Shown piece by piece: positions 31,129 to 40,412 of a stretch of 64,000 bases of DNA; positions within the stretch are counted from its first letter, which is position 1; the number at the start of each line of letters is the position of its first letter. The notes under the pieces were generated by a model. The model was not told the origin of the DNA. It searched no databases and saw only the letters and a program-made list of their open reading frames with translations. The stretch lies in contig CAVPHZ010000001.1 of assembly GCA_963704905.1 (NCBI GenBank), forward strand, positions 131,438-195,437. Reading direction: 5' to 3'. This DNA is from Candidatus Chisholmbacteria bacterium (GTDB lineage Bacteria; Patescibacteriota; Microgenomatia; UBA1400; Chisholmbacteraceae). The position numbers and the translations under genes were made by a program.

Positions 31129-31237
31129 ATATTGAGTAAGTACCATACATGCTTGCGAGCTCTACGATAGCAAATGTTTTTTTTGAAGAGCTCTACTTAT
31201 AGACGAGTAATCAAAACTTTGATATATAGAAGTACAG

Positions 31238-32164
31238 ATGAGTTTTATAGGTAGACACTTAACCTACGACTTCGATTTTTCCAAAGAAGAGATTTGGATA
31301 CTATTTGAAACAACCAAGGATTTGAAACGGCGAGCACGAATAAGTGAGCCTCATAAACTCCTCAGAGGAAAATCGCTTGCAATGATTTTCCAGAAGCCTT
31401 CCACGCGAACACGGGTGAGTTTTGAAGTTGGCATGACACAACTTGGAGGTCATGCACTCTATTTAGGTCCGGATGATTTACAACTCCGCCGTGGAGAAAC
31501 AATCGCTGATACTGCAATGGTTCTCTCTCGATATGTAGACGGGATCATGGCAAGAGTCTTCTCTCACAACGATATCATTTACCTTGCCGAACACGCTTCG
31601 ATACCGGTCATCAATGGGCTTTCGGATCTGTACCATCCGTGCCAAGGATTGACAGATTTGTTCACAATCCTTGAAAAATTCGGCAGTTTTGACGGGCTGA
31701 AAATTTCATTTGTAGGAGATGGAGATAACAATGTGACAAACTCTCTAATGCTCCTTTGCGCCAGATTAGGAATTGATTTTTCTGTTGGAACTCCTAGAAA
31801 GTACAGTGTTAGTAAAAAAGTACTCTCGATTGCAAAAAAAGAAGCGGAAAAGACTGGTGCGAAAATTCACGTTACCTCTCAAGCTGTTTCGGCTGTGCGT
31901 GGTGCACATGTGATTTATACTGATGTGTGGGTGAGTATGGGTCGTGAGGATCGCAAAGAGCGGCTGAAAGTATTTCCTCCATATCAAGTAAATAAACGAC
32001 TGGTAAAACTCGCTCATAGAGATGCAATTGTGATGCACTGTTTGCCAGCGCATCGTGGGGAAGAGCTCACTGATGAGGTTATGGATGGACCACGATCGGT
32101 GGTTTTTGACCAAGCTGAAAATCGACTGCATGTCCAAAAAGCGCTCATGGCATTAGTCATGTAA
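31238..32164 (+). CDS. argF: Ornithine carbamoyltransferase
   Basis: KPSTRTRVSFE, HPCQ, DVWVSMG, HCLPAHRGEE, QAENRLH. Confidence 0.95.
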   Translation: MSFIGRHLTYDFDFSKEEIWILFETTKDLKRRARISEPHKLLRGKSLAMIFQKPSTRTRVSFEVGMTQLGGHALYLGPDDLQLRRGETIADTAMVLSRYVDGIMARVFSHNDIIYLAEHASIPVINGLSDLYHPCQGLTDLFTILEKFGSFDGLKISFVGDGDNNVTNSLMLLCARLGIDFSVGTPRKYSVSKKVLSIAKKEAEKTGAKIHVTSQAVSAVRGAHVIYTDVWVSMGREDRKERLKVFPPYQVNKRLVKLAHRDAIVMHCLPAHRGEELTDEVMDGPRSVVFDQAENRLHVQKALMALVM

Positions 32165-32186
32165 TTATTTTATTGAGGAGGAAACT

Positions 32187-33395
32187 ATGGCTAGAAAGCC
32201 AAGAATGATTTCTATCCAAAGCTTGATTCGTGAATTGTCCACAAAAAATGTAAAAAAATACGGAAACGATTTCCTACAAACCTGGGATAAGACAAGAGAC
32301 GAGCTTGAGGCTACACTCTTGGTAGCTGAAATCTTACGTGGATTGTACGATGATAATGTTTCAAGCAAGATATATGAATCTGGCCTTGCTGTTTCGTGGT
32401 TTAGGGATAAATCTACCCGTACCCGCTTTAGTTTTAAGTCCGCTTCGAATCTTCTCGGCCTTGATGTACAAGACTTAGATGAAGAAAAATCACAAGTCTC
32501 CCATGGAGAAACAGTTCGCGAAACTGCCAACATGATCTCGTTTCTTACTGAAGTTATAGGAATCCGTGATGATAAGTTTCTCGGTGAAGGTCACAGGTTT
32601 CAGAAAGAAGTTTCCGAAGCTGTACAAGATGGGTACAAGGAAGGTGTCCTTCCGCAACGGCCCAGCATCATTAATTTGCAATGCGATCGGGATCATCCTA
32701 CGCAAAGTCTTTGTGATCTCTTACATTTGAAGACAACCTTTGGAGGTTTGCATAAACTCAAGAAGAAAAAGATCGCTATGACATGGGCATATTCTCCAAG
32801 CTATGGAAAGCCTCTATCAGTTGCGCAAGGTATTAGCGGGGTAATGACTCGTTTTAGCATGAATGTCGTCCTCGCCTATCCAAAAGGCTATCATCTGATC
32901 CCTGAACTTGAAAAACTGTTTGCGGATCAAGCAAAAAAGTCGGGTGGTTCATTTGCAATTACCAATAACATGAACGAGGCGTTTGCAGATGCTGATATTG
33001 TATATCCCAAGTCCTGGGCGTCCTATCGTGCTATGCAAGCAAGAGCAAAACTCTATAGAAAAGGAGATGCAACGGGTCTAGCAAAGCTTGAAAAAGCAGA
33101 GTTGCGAGAGAATGCAAAACACAAGGATTGGGAGTGCACTGAAAAAATGATGAAGCTGACTAAGGGAGGAAAGGCACTCTATATGCACTGCTTGCCGGCT
33201 GACGTCTCCGGCTTAAGCTGCAAAGAAGGAGAGGTGGCACGGTCTGTGTTTGATCGATACAAAATAGCGACGTTCAAACAGGCAGGCTACAAGCCATATA
33301 TCATTGCGGCAATGATGGTGCTCACAAAGTTCAACAATCCGTCTAAAGTTATGCGCTTTCTGGCTCGCAGGAAACTCACGAAAATCAAAACCTAA
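32187..33395 (+). CDS. ygeW: Knotted carbamoyltransferase YgeW
   Basis: FRDKSTRTRFSF, HGETVRETANMISF, NLQCDRDHPTQ, WAYSPSYGKPLSV, YMHCLPAD, YKPYIIAAM. Confidence 0.92.
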   Translation: MARKPRMISIQSLIRELSTKNVKKYGNDFLQTWDKTRDELEATLLVAEILRGLYDDNVSSKIYESGLAVSWFRDKSTRTRFSFKSASNLLGLDVQDLDEEKSQVSHGETVRETANMISFLTEVIGIRDDKFLGEGHRFQKEVSEAVQDGYKEGVLPQRPSIINLQCDRDHPTQSLCDLLHLKTTFGGLHKLKKKKIAMTWAYSPSYGKPLSVAQGISGVMTRFSMNVVLAYPKGYHLIPELEKLFADQAKKSGGSFAITNNMNEAFADADIVYPKSWASYRAMQARAKLYRKGDATGLAKLEKAELRENAKHKDWECTEKMMKLTKGGKALYMHCLPADVSGLSCKEGEVARSVFDRYKIATFKQAGYKPYIIAAMMVLTKFNNPSKVMRFLARRKLTKIKT

Positions 33396-33448
33396 TTGAC
33401 ATACCTCTCAGGTAGACCGTATGCTATAGACAAGGAGGTCTGCTGATA

Positions 33449-33640
33449 ATGAAAAAGAAACTGAGAATTAAAGAACTTGCTGAAAACCCAGTCATGCTTA
33501 TTATCTACGTCATCATCGCTTCGGTGATGGTCGCGAATATCTTTATCTCAGGATATCTATTTGGTCGCGCGCACCAAACAATTGAAAGCCTTCGCCCAGT
33601 GACGCCGCTTCATCCCCCACCAACACAGCCTCAGAAATGA
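33449..33640 (+). CDS. Small single-TM hypothetical protein
   Basis: SD AGGAGG upstream; ATGA overlap with tag. Confidence 0.6.
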   Translation: MKKKLRIKELAENPVMLIIYVIIASVMVANIFISGYLFGRAHQTIESLRPVTPLHPPPTQPQK

Positions 33641-34203
33641 GAACCCGCTGCGGCTGGCTTAATGATGATCCTCTGATGATTTCCTATCATGATACTGAGT
33701 GGGGTGTTCCTCTTCATCAGGATCAAAAATTATTTGAGTATTTGGTTCTTGATGCATTTCAAGCAGGTCTAAGCTGGTCCATCATATTGAAAAAACGAGC
33801 TGGTTTTCGAAAAGCCTTTAACCGCTTTAATCCCAACAAAATCTCCAAGTACGCAAAACGGGATGTTTCGCGGCTCCTCAACGATGCTTCAATTATCCGT
33901 AATCGCTTGAAAATTGAATCGACTATTATCAATGCCCAGCAATTTCTTCAAGTTAAAAAAGAATTTGGACAATTTGATTCATACATATGGAAATTTGTCG
34001 GCGGAAAACCGATTGTGAACCGATATAAAAAACTCTCAGAACTTCCTGCAAAAAGCCACGAGGCTGAAGAAATGAGTAGAGATCTGAAAAACAAGGGTTT
34101 TACATTCGTAGGACCTACTATATGCTATGCTTTTATGCAAGCTTCTGGCATGGTAAATGATCATCTAGTAGGCTGTTTTCGCTACAAAGAAGTCTTGCAG
34201 TAA
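33637..34203 (+). CDS. tag: DNA-3-methyladenine glycosylase I
   Basis: RCGW...YHDTEWG, FQAGLSW, IIRNRLKI, FVGPTICYAFMQASGMVNDH. Confidence 0.97.
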   Translation: MRTRCGWLNDDPLMISYHDTEWGVPLHQDQKLFEYLVLDAFQAGLSWSIILKKRAGFRKAFNRFNPNKISKYAKRDVSRLLNDASIIRNRLKIESTIINAQQFLQVKKEFGQFDSYIWKFVGGKPIVNRYKKLSELPAKSHEAEEMSRDLKNKGFTFVGPTICYAFMQASGMVNDHLVGCFRYKEVLQ

Positions 34204-34227
34204 TCAATTTTTTTGGGGCAGTTTTTT

Positions 34228-35100
34228 ATGTCAACAGCAAGCTTGAACAATCAAGTCAAGTATCATCACGCCAATCTTCCGCTGACAAACCTTCACTATC
34301 TTACCTATGGTGAAGGACCGCCTCTTATCATTGTTCCAGCAACAATTTCAGATATTAATAATTGGTTAGACCTCATTTACTTCATGGGTCAGCGATTTAC
34401 GGTCTACTTTTTCGAACTTCCCGGACATGGTCAATCGACCCCTTTTCTGAAACTATACTCGAGTGACATGGTCGCTGAGTCGATTGAGCATTTTATTGAT
34501 GCTCAACAGATTGACCGGTTTTCACTTATGGGTTTTTCTTTTGGGGGCATTTTAACGCTTAAAACATTGCACCGGCTTGGAGATCGAATTGAACGGGTCA
34601 TTGTATTTGCTCCATGTGTAACTCATCGGGCGGTCCGCTATTCTCGGGCTCGATTAGCTGCCATGCGTCGCCTGACTTCGCTGATGAAATCACAACGAGC
34701 TCAGGGACAACTTCATCGATTTATTACTAACGGAGGTATGATTGAAGTGACACTGGCACTCATGCGACTGTTGGGAAGAGTGGAAACACTTGAAGGACTC
34801 GATAAAAGACTCCTTCACCTACCCTCGTCAACGCTTGATGTTCTGGTGTATCAAGCTAATGAGATTTTCAACTTTGAATTTGTCAGCGAGCATCTTCCGT
34901 TTTCTCAACCGTGTCACTTTGGCATGTCAGTCAAAGATCCACTGCTTGATTTTAAAGTAACACACGATTTCTTACGTCGTGCCTTTACAGATCTTCAGGT
35001 GATCAAGCTTGATTATCCATTTCATCAACCGCACCCACCATTCTCTTTGGAAAAACTTAATCAGGATTTTTCTCCGCTTCTCTATTCCATTGACCTCTAG
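34228..35100 (+). CDS. Alpha/beta fold hydrolase
   Basis: ELPGHGQS, nucleophile elbow GFSFGG, DPLL, late His. Confidence 0.85.
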   Translation: MSTASLNNQVKYHHANLPLTNLHYLTYGEGPPLIIVPATISDINNWLDLIYFMGQRFTVYFFELPGHGQSTPFLKLYSSDMVAESIEHFIDAQQIDRFSLMGFSFGGILTLKTLHRLGDRIERVIVFAPCVTHRAVRYSRARLAAMRRLTSLMKSQRAQGQLHRFITNGGMIEVTLALMRLLGRVETLEGLDKRLLHLPSSTLDVLVYQANEIFNFEFVSEHLPFSQPCHFGMSVKDPLLDFKVTHDFLRRAFTDLQVIKLDYPFHQPHPPFSLEKLNQDFSPLLYSIDL

Positions 35101-35103
35101 ACT

Positions 35104-35547
35104 TTATTGTTTCCGTCGGTCTTGCCAAAAGTCCTTGCTCTTTTGAGCATATTTGAGTATGGTCGCTTTCCTTTGCTGTATCACAGCATTAGTCTCATCG
35201 CTCTCAGGCTTGAGGACAATTACTTTTGAACCTCGGATATAGCACCCGGGTTCATTTCCTTGTCGGACCGGGATTTCCGGAAGAAGACAATATTTTTCTT
35301 TAATACCATCTACGTATGTACACAGCACTGCATAGTCAGTCGGATCAGTTATTTTTATTTGGGCAATTGCTTTTTTAATCGTTCGTCTGTTTCCTTTGGT
35401 GATATCTCTATCTATGGTGATAAAACAGACAGGAAAAAGATCAATATGCGATGTGAAAGAAGCATAGCCAACCAGCAGTGCGACAAGGACTAATACCAGT
35501 AGTATGTTTGGCAAATAATATCTGATTTTGGCAAGTATGTTTTTCAT
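35104..35547 (-). CDS. Membrane-anchored hypothetical protein, paralog of 35549-35986 lacking HExxH
   Basis: Shared CFIT...IK.A...P.DY..C...C...GC[YF] pattern. Confidence 0.7.
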   Translation of the reverse strand: MKNILAKIRYYLPNILLVLVLVALLVGYASFTSHIDLFPVCFITIDRDITKGNRRTIKKAIAQIKITDPTDYAVLCTYVDGIKEKYCLLPEIPVRQGNEPGCYIRGSKVIVLKPESDETNAVIQQRKATILKYAQKSKDFWQDRRKQ

Positions 35548-35548
35548 C

Positions 35549-35986
35549 TCAGTACTCTACAATACGTGAAAGCGCATCCGTCATCATTTCGTCGCACTCC
35601 TTTTCTCCCATCGGTCGGCCTTGTTTGTATTGAATCGCGTGACAGGTTTCGTGAACGATGATGGTTGAGGTCCAAGCTAAGCTTCTATTGGTCGTGCTGA
35701 TATCAATAGTCCTTGGTCTTTGCTTATAAAAACATCCTCCTTCGTGTCCTCCGCAGGAGATGTTTGGATTTATGGTTGAGACGTTGGCGCAAACCAGCTG
35801 ATAGTCTGAAGGAGAAGCAAATTTTAATACTTTGAGTGCTTCTTTGATGCTGAGATTGCTGAATTCGAGCAACGACGGGCGTACGGTGATGAAACAGTTT
35901 CCGCTGATATCCCAGTAGAAGAAGTAATTGAGTATAAATGAGATACATACTATACCTGCAATGATTTTTCCTACGTGCTTTTTCAT
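35549..35986 (-). CDS. Membrane-anchored zincin-like protein
   Basis: N-terminal TM; IVHETCH (HExxH) followed by EKEC. Confidence 0.65.
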   Translation of the reverse strand: MKKHVGKIIAGIVCISFILNYFFYWDISGNCFITVRPSLLEFSNLSIKEALKVLKFASPSDYQLVCANVSTINPNISCGGHEGGCFYKQRPRTIDISTTNRSLAWTSTIIVHETCHAIQYKQGRPMGEKECDEMMTDALSRIVEY

Positions 35987-35989
35987 CGT

Positions 35990-36466
35990 TTAATTTTCGT
36001 TGTTCTTTATATTTTTTCTGGTGAATTCGTACATTGAAATGCCTGCGGCAACCGACACATTTAGGCTTTCTTTTTTTCCGAATTGCGGAATCGTCAATAT
36101 CTGATCACAGACCTGTATCAGTTCTGGTGAAATGCCAGCTGTTTCATTGCCAAAAACGAGGCAGGTGTCTTGGGTGATTGTTACATCAAATAGTGATTTG
36201 GCGTTTTTGCCCGATTCCATAGCGATGAGTTCAATGTTTTTATTGTGTAGCTTTTGTGCAATGGTTAAAGCATCCTTATGATATTGCCAGTGAACTGAGC
36301 TTAGGCTACCGAGGGCGGTTTTATTGAGCTTTGGGTGCGGTGGATAAGCGGTATATCCGGTCAAATAGAGCGTGTCTATACCTGCTGCGTCGCAGGTTCT
36401 AAAGATGGAACCGACGTTGTAGGTTGAGCGGATGTTTTCTAACAGCACGTAGAGTTTAAAGGCCAT
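35990..36466 (-). CDS. TrmH/SpoU family RNA methyltransferase
   Basis: ENIRSTYNVGSIFRT, VFGNETAG, IPQFGKKESLNVSVAAG. Confidence 0.92.
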   Translation of the reverse strand: MAFKLYVLLENIRSTYNVGSIFRTCDAAGIDTLYLTGYTAYPPHPKLNKTALGSLSSVHWQYHKDALTIAQKLHNKNIELIAMESGKNAKSLFDVTITQDTCLVFGNETAGISPELIQVCDQILTIPQFGKKESLNVSVAAGISMYEFTRKNIKNNEN

Positions 36467-36549
36467 ATCTTCATTGTGTTTGAAGTACTCAGAGATTGTC
36501 AAATTCTTATCATATTCAGTGTCCGCCTCTCTGGTGGTATGCTATAGCT

Positions 36550-36762
36550 GTGACTTCTTCTAAAGAAACAGGTGAACAGCCAGATTTCCTTGAGGGAAGG
36601 GAAGGGATTGTATCCAGAATTATTTTATCGATGATGGAAGTGGTAAAGCTGGTGCGTTTTGGAGACCGGCCATCGGGAAAACGAATACGAGAGGTCCGGA
36701 CACTTCCAGATGATCAAGCGGAGGTTACCCTAGTGGACGATCATTCAGATCCTGGGGTCTAA
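36550..36762 (+). CDS. Hypothetical protein
   Basis: TGgTATGCT box just upstream of a GTG; no recognised motif. Confidence 0.35.
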   Translation: MTSSKETGEQPDFLEGREGIVSRIILSMMEVVKLVRFGDRPSGKRIREVRTLPDDQAEVTLVDDHSDPGV

Positions 36763-36763
36763 A

Positions 36764-36982
36764 TTAACCCCTTTCCTTACCCGGTAGAACCTGAGTGATA
36801 CTTGCGCTGACACCTTCAAGGGTTCTTCTCATTTTCTGCTTCATGTGATTAGGATGTATGCTTCTGGGTAGTTCAGTTCTTCCAGTGTAGTCAGACTTTG
36901 CCATTTCTTGCGGAACTCTCCCTGCTCCACGAGCTTCAACGGCATCTAGTTCTAATTCAAGATATGCGGGATCCATTGGCAT
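36764..36982 (-). CDS. Hypothetical protein
   Basis: AAGGA upstream of ATG; no recognised motif. Confidence 0.4.
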   Translation of the reverse strand: MPMDPAYLELELDAVEARGAGRVPQEMAKSDYTGRTELPRSIHPNHMKQKMRRTLEGVSASITQVLPGKERG

Positions 36983-37107
36983 AATTTCCTTGTGATTAGT
37001 TCGTATTTGGAGATTTTTCCAGATATGGGCAAATTGGACAGGAGACTATATATACTGATAGCAGTTGCGAGTGATTAGCTCACATACTAAGATGTTCTTG
37101 GAGAGGC

Positions 37108-37530
37108 ATGAAACTATTTGTCCTGCTGGTTGTTGCATTGGTAGCCTGGAATATCTACCGTTCCGTGGAGATATCTTCATTCGTTGATGTAAGTACAATC
37201 CTTGACTATGGTCAGCGAGCTGCTAAAGAAGACCTTTGCCCAGAAGGGCAAAAACCTAAATATGGCTATGGTGCACAGGGATGGGATGCAAAGGCATGTT
37301 ATACTCCAACTGAGGATGCCGGAAAGACGTGCCTTCAAGCTACTGACTGCCTCAGTCTTCAATGTTTGGTTATTGACGAAGATCAATTAAAGGACGCTTG
37401 TGAATTCAGGCTCGAATCCCAGTCATATCTTTGCAGTGAAATCATTGGAGAGTGCGGTGACGGAGGAACCCCGGAAGCAGCCCTGAGCATCACCAGCAAA
37501 AATCACGTCTACCGAAAGTCATACTATTAA
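37108..37530 (+). CDS. Secreted/anchored Cys-rich hypothetical protein
   Basis: N-terminal hydrophobic segment, eight Cys, DAGKTC...DCLS.CL pattern; GGAG upstream. Confidence 0.7.
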   Translation: MKLFVLLVVALVAWNIYRSVEISSFVDVSTILDYGQRAAKEDLCPEGQKPKYGYGAQGWDAKACYTPTEDAGKTCLQATDCLSLQCLVIDEDQLKDACEFRLESQSYLCSEIIGECGDGGTPEAALSITSKNHVYRKSYY

Positions 37531-37712
37531 CGCTCGTTGAAAATGTGCCACCTGCCTTCTGAAATGATGGTGTTCTGATTATTGTTAACCACGATAACTG
37601 TTTGATCATCGATCGCGTAGATGGTGTCTTTCGTTTCACTTGCAGATTTTTTAAGTATTTTATTTTTACCTTGGGAAAACTTGGAGAGTTAAGATGAAGC
37701 CGGGCCAGAAAA
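37527..37712 (-). pseudogene. 3' remnant of peptidase E (S51 family)
   Basis: Minus strand HLNSPSFPKV, one frameshift, then IYAIDDQTVIVV...IISEGRWHIF*; no 5' part. Confidence 0.65.
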
Positions 37713-37917
37713 CACGATATGTTTGTCTCGGGTAACGATGTAAAGGCACCGGATTGGGTAAAAAATACGTTGCTTAAACAATAGTTGGGATGGAAAATTA
37801 TTATCGATCTTGGAAATATTACAGGAGCTAGGGTAATGGAGATGTACTTACCAGTTGCGGCTTAGACTGTTTTCAACACTTTAGACTCTGCATTTTTATA
37901 TTTAAATATCAAAATAG
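37713..37917 (+). pseudogene. 3' remnant of F420-dependent NADP oxidoreductase family gene
   Basis: HDMFVSGNDVKA...LLKQ*LGWKIIIDLGNITGARVMEMYLP, with stops and a frameshift. Confidence 0.7.
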
Positions 37918-38172
37918 CGTTACTTTTTAGCTGACTGAATTTATGGACTTCTCGTGTGGGGTTGAGTTATGTTTTCCTTTGCCGGATACTCTCGAATCAA
38001 CCTGCAGAGCGCTAATCCAGTGAGTGTCACAATTATGCCTTCTCCATATAAAGGAATGCTCATGAACAAAACGATGCTTCCCGACCGAACTCATTGAATC
38101 GGTACATACTTGACTCATGAGTGTGAAATATTTTGATCTGCTTCCTTCGTTTGGTATACTCTTTTTTCCTTT

Positions 38173-38556
38173 ATGAGTTTGCATGAACGCCAAAGATATA
38201 CACCAGCGGGATCGCTTGAGGAAATCGTCACCAGGGCAGGTTTTCCGAGCCTCGAGGTAGACTGGTTGGTATTCCAGCTCCGACGTGCGCTTGAAATCCC
38301 TCAAGACATTGATCGTAATCTCGACGTAGAAGTTTCGGCGTTTATCCGCATCGGATCTGAAGCACTCAGAGACCGATTAGCCTATGAGCGTTTTCAATCT
38401 TTCTTTCGGCAAGTGCTTGATGTTGAGCTAGGACCTCAAGACGAAGCGCTCAACGATCTACAACAGCGGTTTTCAATGGATAGGGATAAGCTATGTTCGC
38501 ATGTGGATTGGGAAATGGTAAACGTCTATCGTCTCAAGTCTGCTCTTTATCATTAA
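38173..38556 (+). CDS. Hypothetical protein
   Basis: 127-aa ORF preceded by TGgTATACT. Confidence 0.55.
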   Translation: MSLHERQRYTPAGSLEEIVTRAGFPSLEVDWLVFQLRRALEIPQDIDRNLDVEVSAFIRIGSEALRDRLAYERFQSFFRQVLDVELGPQDEALNDLQQRFSMDRDKLCSHVDWEMVNVYRLKSALYH

Positions 38557-38923
38557 AGCGGGCAAATAGGCTAAGTGACTTTTCTCCGATCCTGCTTTAC
38601 TGTAAATAATATCTTGAGGTGTAGTATCTTCATTCTTCTGGCATGTTTCCTGTAGTTTTCAACCGATGTTCTCTGGCTTTTTCATGGCAGCCAAGAGACT
38701 GTGCTCGGGCTGAGTGCGTCCGACCGGAAACGTTCAAACACATTTTTGTGCTTTACCTATTGGGACCGATGACCACAATGCAGTAGGTCATTCCGCTGAT
38801 ATGCAAGCAAGACAAGGGTTTCTGAATGAACGTGAGCTCCAACACCGCTCTTCTTTATTTACCGAACATGAGCGTGTATTCTTCGATAATGCGGGCGATG
38901 GGAGCCCTCAGTCTAACCCGGGT

Positions 38924-39943
38924 TTACTTCAATTTATAATAGCTTGACTTGGTTGTCCCTTGCCGATCGATAAAGCCTTTGCTTACCAACGCGCTTAACA
39001 AATTGTGGGCCTGTTGGCGGGATACACCAAGCTTGCGGGCAAGATCGGTAGAGGTCAATTCCGGCTGTTCTTGCATGAGCTGCAATACCTGGTCTTCTTT
39101 CTTGGTCGGCCGGTCCTTGACTGAGAGCGTCTGAGCTGCATTTTTTACCCGCGCCAACGCACCAATCAACGAATGTTTTACTCCATCGGAAAAATATTCC
39201 AGCCACTGTGTCTTGTCCCCGCTGTCAGCCGTGTGAAGCTTGTCGGAGTAGAGAGTTTTGTCGATGTCATAGTAATCATCCAGAACGAAGTACTTGTTAA
39301 TTAAATAGTCCGCCTTGATGAACACCAACGCAGTGAGTATCCGGCAGACCCGTCCGTTGCCGTCTTCGAAGGGATGGATGTAAACAAATTCGTGATGAAA
39401 GATACCAGTTTTAATAATAATGGGCAGTTTCTCGGTGCTTTCGGTCCATTCAAACAATGGACGTAAGCCTGCTTCTATTTGCTTCCGCTGATGAAAGGGA
39501 GGATCGTGTTTCACTCTGAGAGTCGCTGTCTCCTTTTCTCCGATAAATTTTCCCACCACCACTTTTCTGTTGCGGATTTCTCCGGCAGTTTTATCAACAC
39601 CCTGCAAGATGAGCTTGTGAATTTCTTTGGTGAGGTCGACGCTGAGTTTTTTTTGTTTATATTCTGTAAGCGCAGACAGGATCTGAAAGTAGTTGACGAC
39701 TTCTTTTTCATCGCGGTTCGTCGGAACCCGGTCGTCCAGCAGCAGATTGGTTACTTCCGGGAGTGTCAGCGGGTTGCCTTCAATGGCGTTACTGGCATAG
39801 GAGGATTTGATGAGATTATCCCGGTTGAGGTTGAGCTCAAGTTTTTTAGGAATGCGAAATGATTCAATCTGGCCGTAGAGCCGTTCGATTTCGGTGATGT
39901 TATTAAGCAGTGTATTGGTGAGCGTGTATTTTGGCGCTAGCAT
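38924..39943 (-). CDS. Fic family protein with C-terminal winged HTH
   Basis: SNAIEGN inhibitory motif, HPFEDGNGRVCR Fic motif, DLARKLGVSRQQA HTH. Confidence 0.93.
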   Translation of the reverse strand: MLAPKYTLTNTLLNNITEIERLYGQIESFRIPKKLELNLNRDNLIKSSYASNAIEGNPLTLPEVTNLLLDDRVPTNRDEKEVVNYFQILSALTEYKQKKLSVDLTKEIHKLILQGVDKTAGEIRNRKVVVGKFIGEKETATLRVKHDPPFHQRKQIEAGLRPLFEWTESTEKLPIIIKTGIFHHEFVYIHPFEDGNGRVCRILTALVFIKADYLINKYFVLDDYYDIDKTLYSDKLHTADSGDKTQWLEYFSDGVKHSLIGALARVKNAAQTLSVKDRPTKKEDQVLQLMQEQPELTSTDLARKLGVSRQQAHNLLSALVSKGFIDRQGTTKSSYYKLK

Positions 39944-39944
39944 G

Positions 39945-40038
39945 TTATTATTGTCAATATATATGTAAAGATTATTGACAAGAATCTGGCTTATTAATTG
40001 TCAATGTTATTGTAAAGCTTTATGTCAAGTTTGTCAAG
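39945..40038. promoter_or_regulatory. Cluster of TGT(C/A)AA boxes upstream of fic (putative operators)
   Basis: TTGTCAATA 39951 / TATTGACAA 39973 inverted pair; further boxes at 39964, 39998, 40010, 40023, 40031. Confidence 0.55.
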
Positions 40039-40049
40039 TGGTTCTTGAG

Positions 40050-40412
40050 TTATGCCTTTAACAGCGATTCAACTTGTTTTACATCGTTTTTGATCTGATC
40101 CGTGAGCTGCCTGGCTGAAGAAAACTGTTTTACCGGCCGAAGGTAGTGTTTCAGCTCAAAGGTAATTGAGCTAACCTGTTTAACTTCTTGAAAGTTGAGT
40201 ATAAATATTTCCAGTGAAACTTGCGGATCGGCATAGGTGGGAATGGGACCAAAGTGCAGCGCGCCTTTGTATCTTTTCCTTCCAATCCACACCCAGCAGG
40301 CATAGATGCCATGCTTGGTGTTCAGCGAGGTGGGAATTTGAAGATTAACGGTCGGGAAGCCGAGCTTTTTTCCTCTCCCCTTGCCTTTGATGAGCAGGGT
40401 ACGGTATTTCAT
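40050..40412 (-). CDS. Stand-alone riboflavin kinase (RibF C-terminal domain only)
   Basis: GKGRGKKLGFPTVNL, GIYA, GPIPT, LEIFILNF, YLRPVKQF, QIKND. Confidence 0.9.
   Translation of the reverse strand: MKYRTLLIKGKGRGKKLGFPTVNLQIPTSLNTKHGIYACWVWIGRKRYKGALHFGPIPTYADPQVSLEIFILNFQEVKQVSSITFELKHYLRPVKQFSSARQLTDQIKNDVKQVESLLKA

Noticed and set aside
38557-38923. Possible gene remnant between the hypothetical gene and fic
   Set aside because: No frame gave a recognisable protein family
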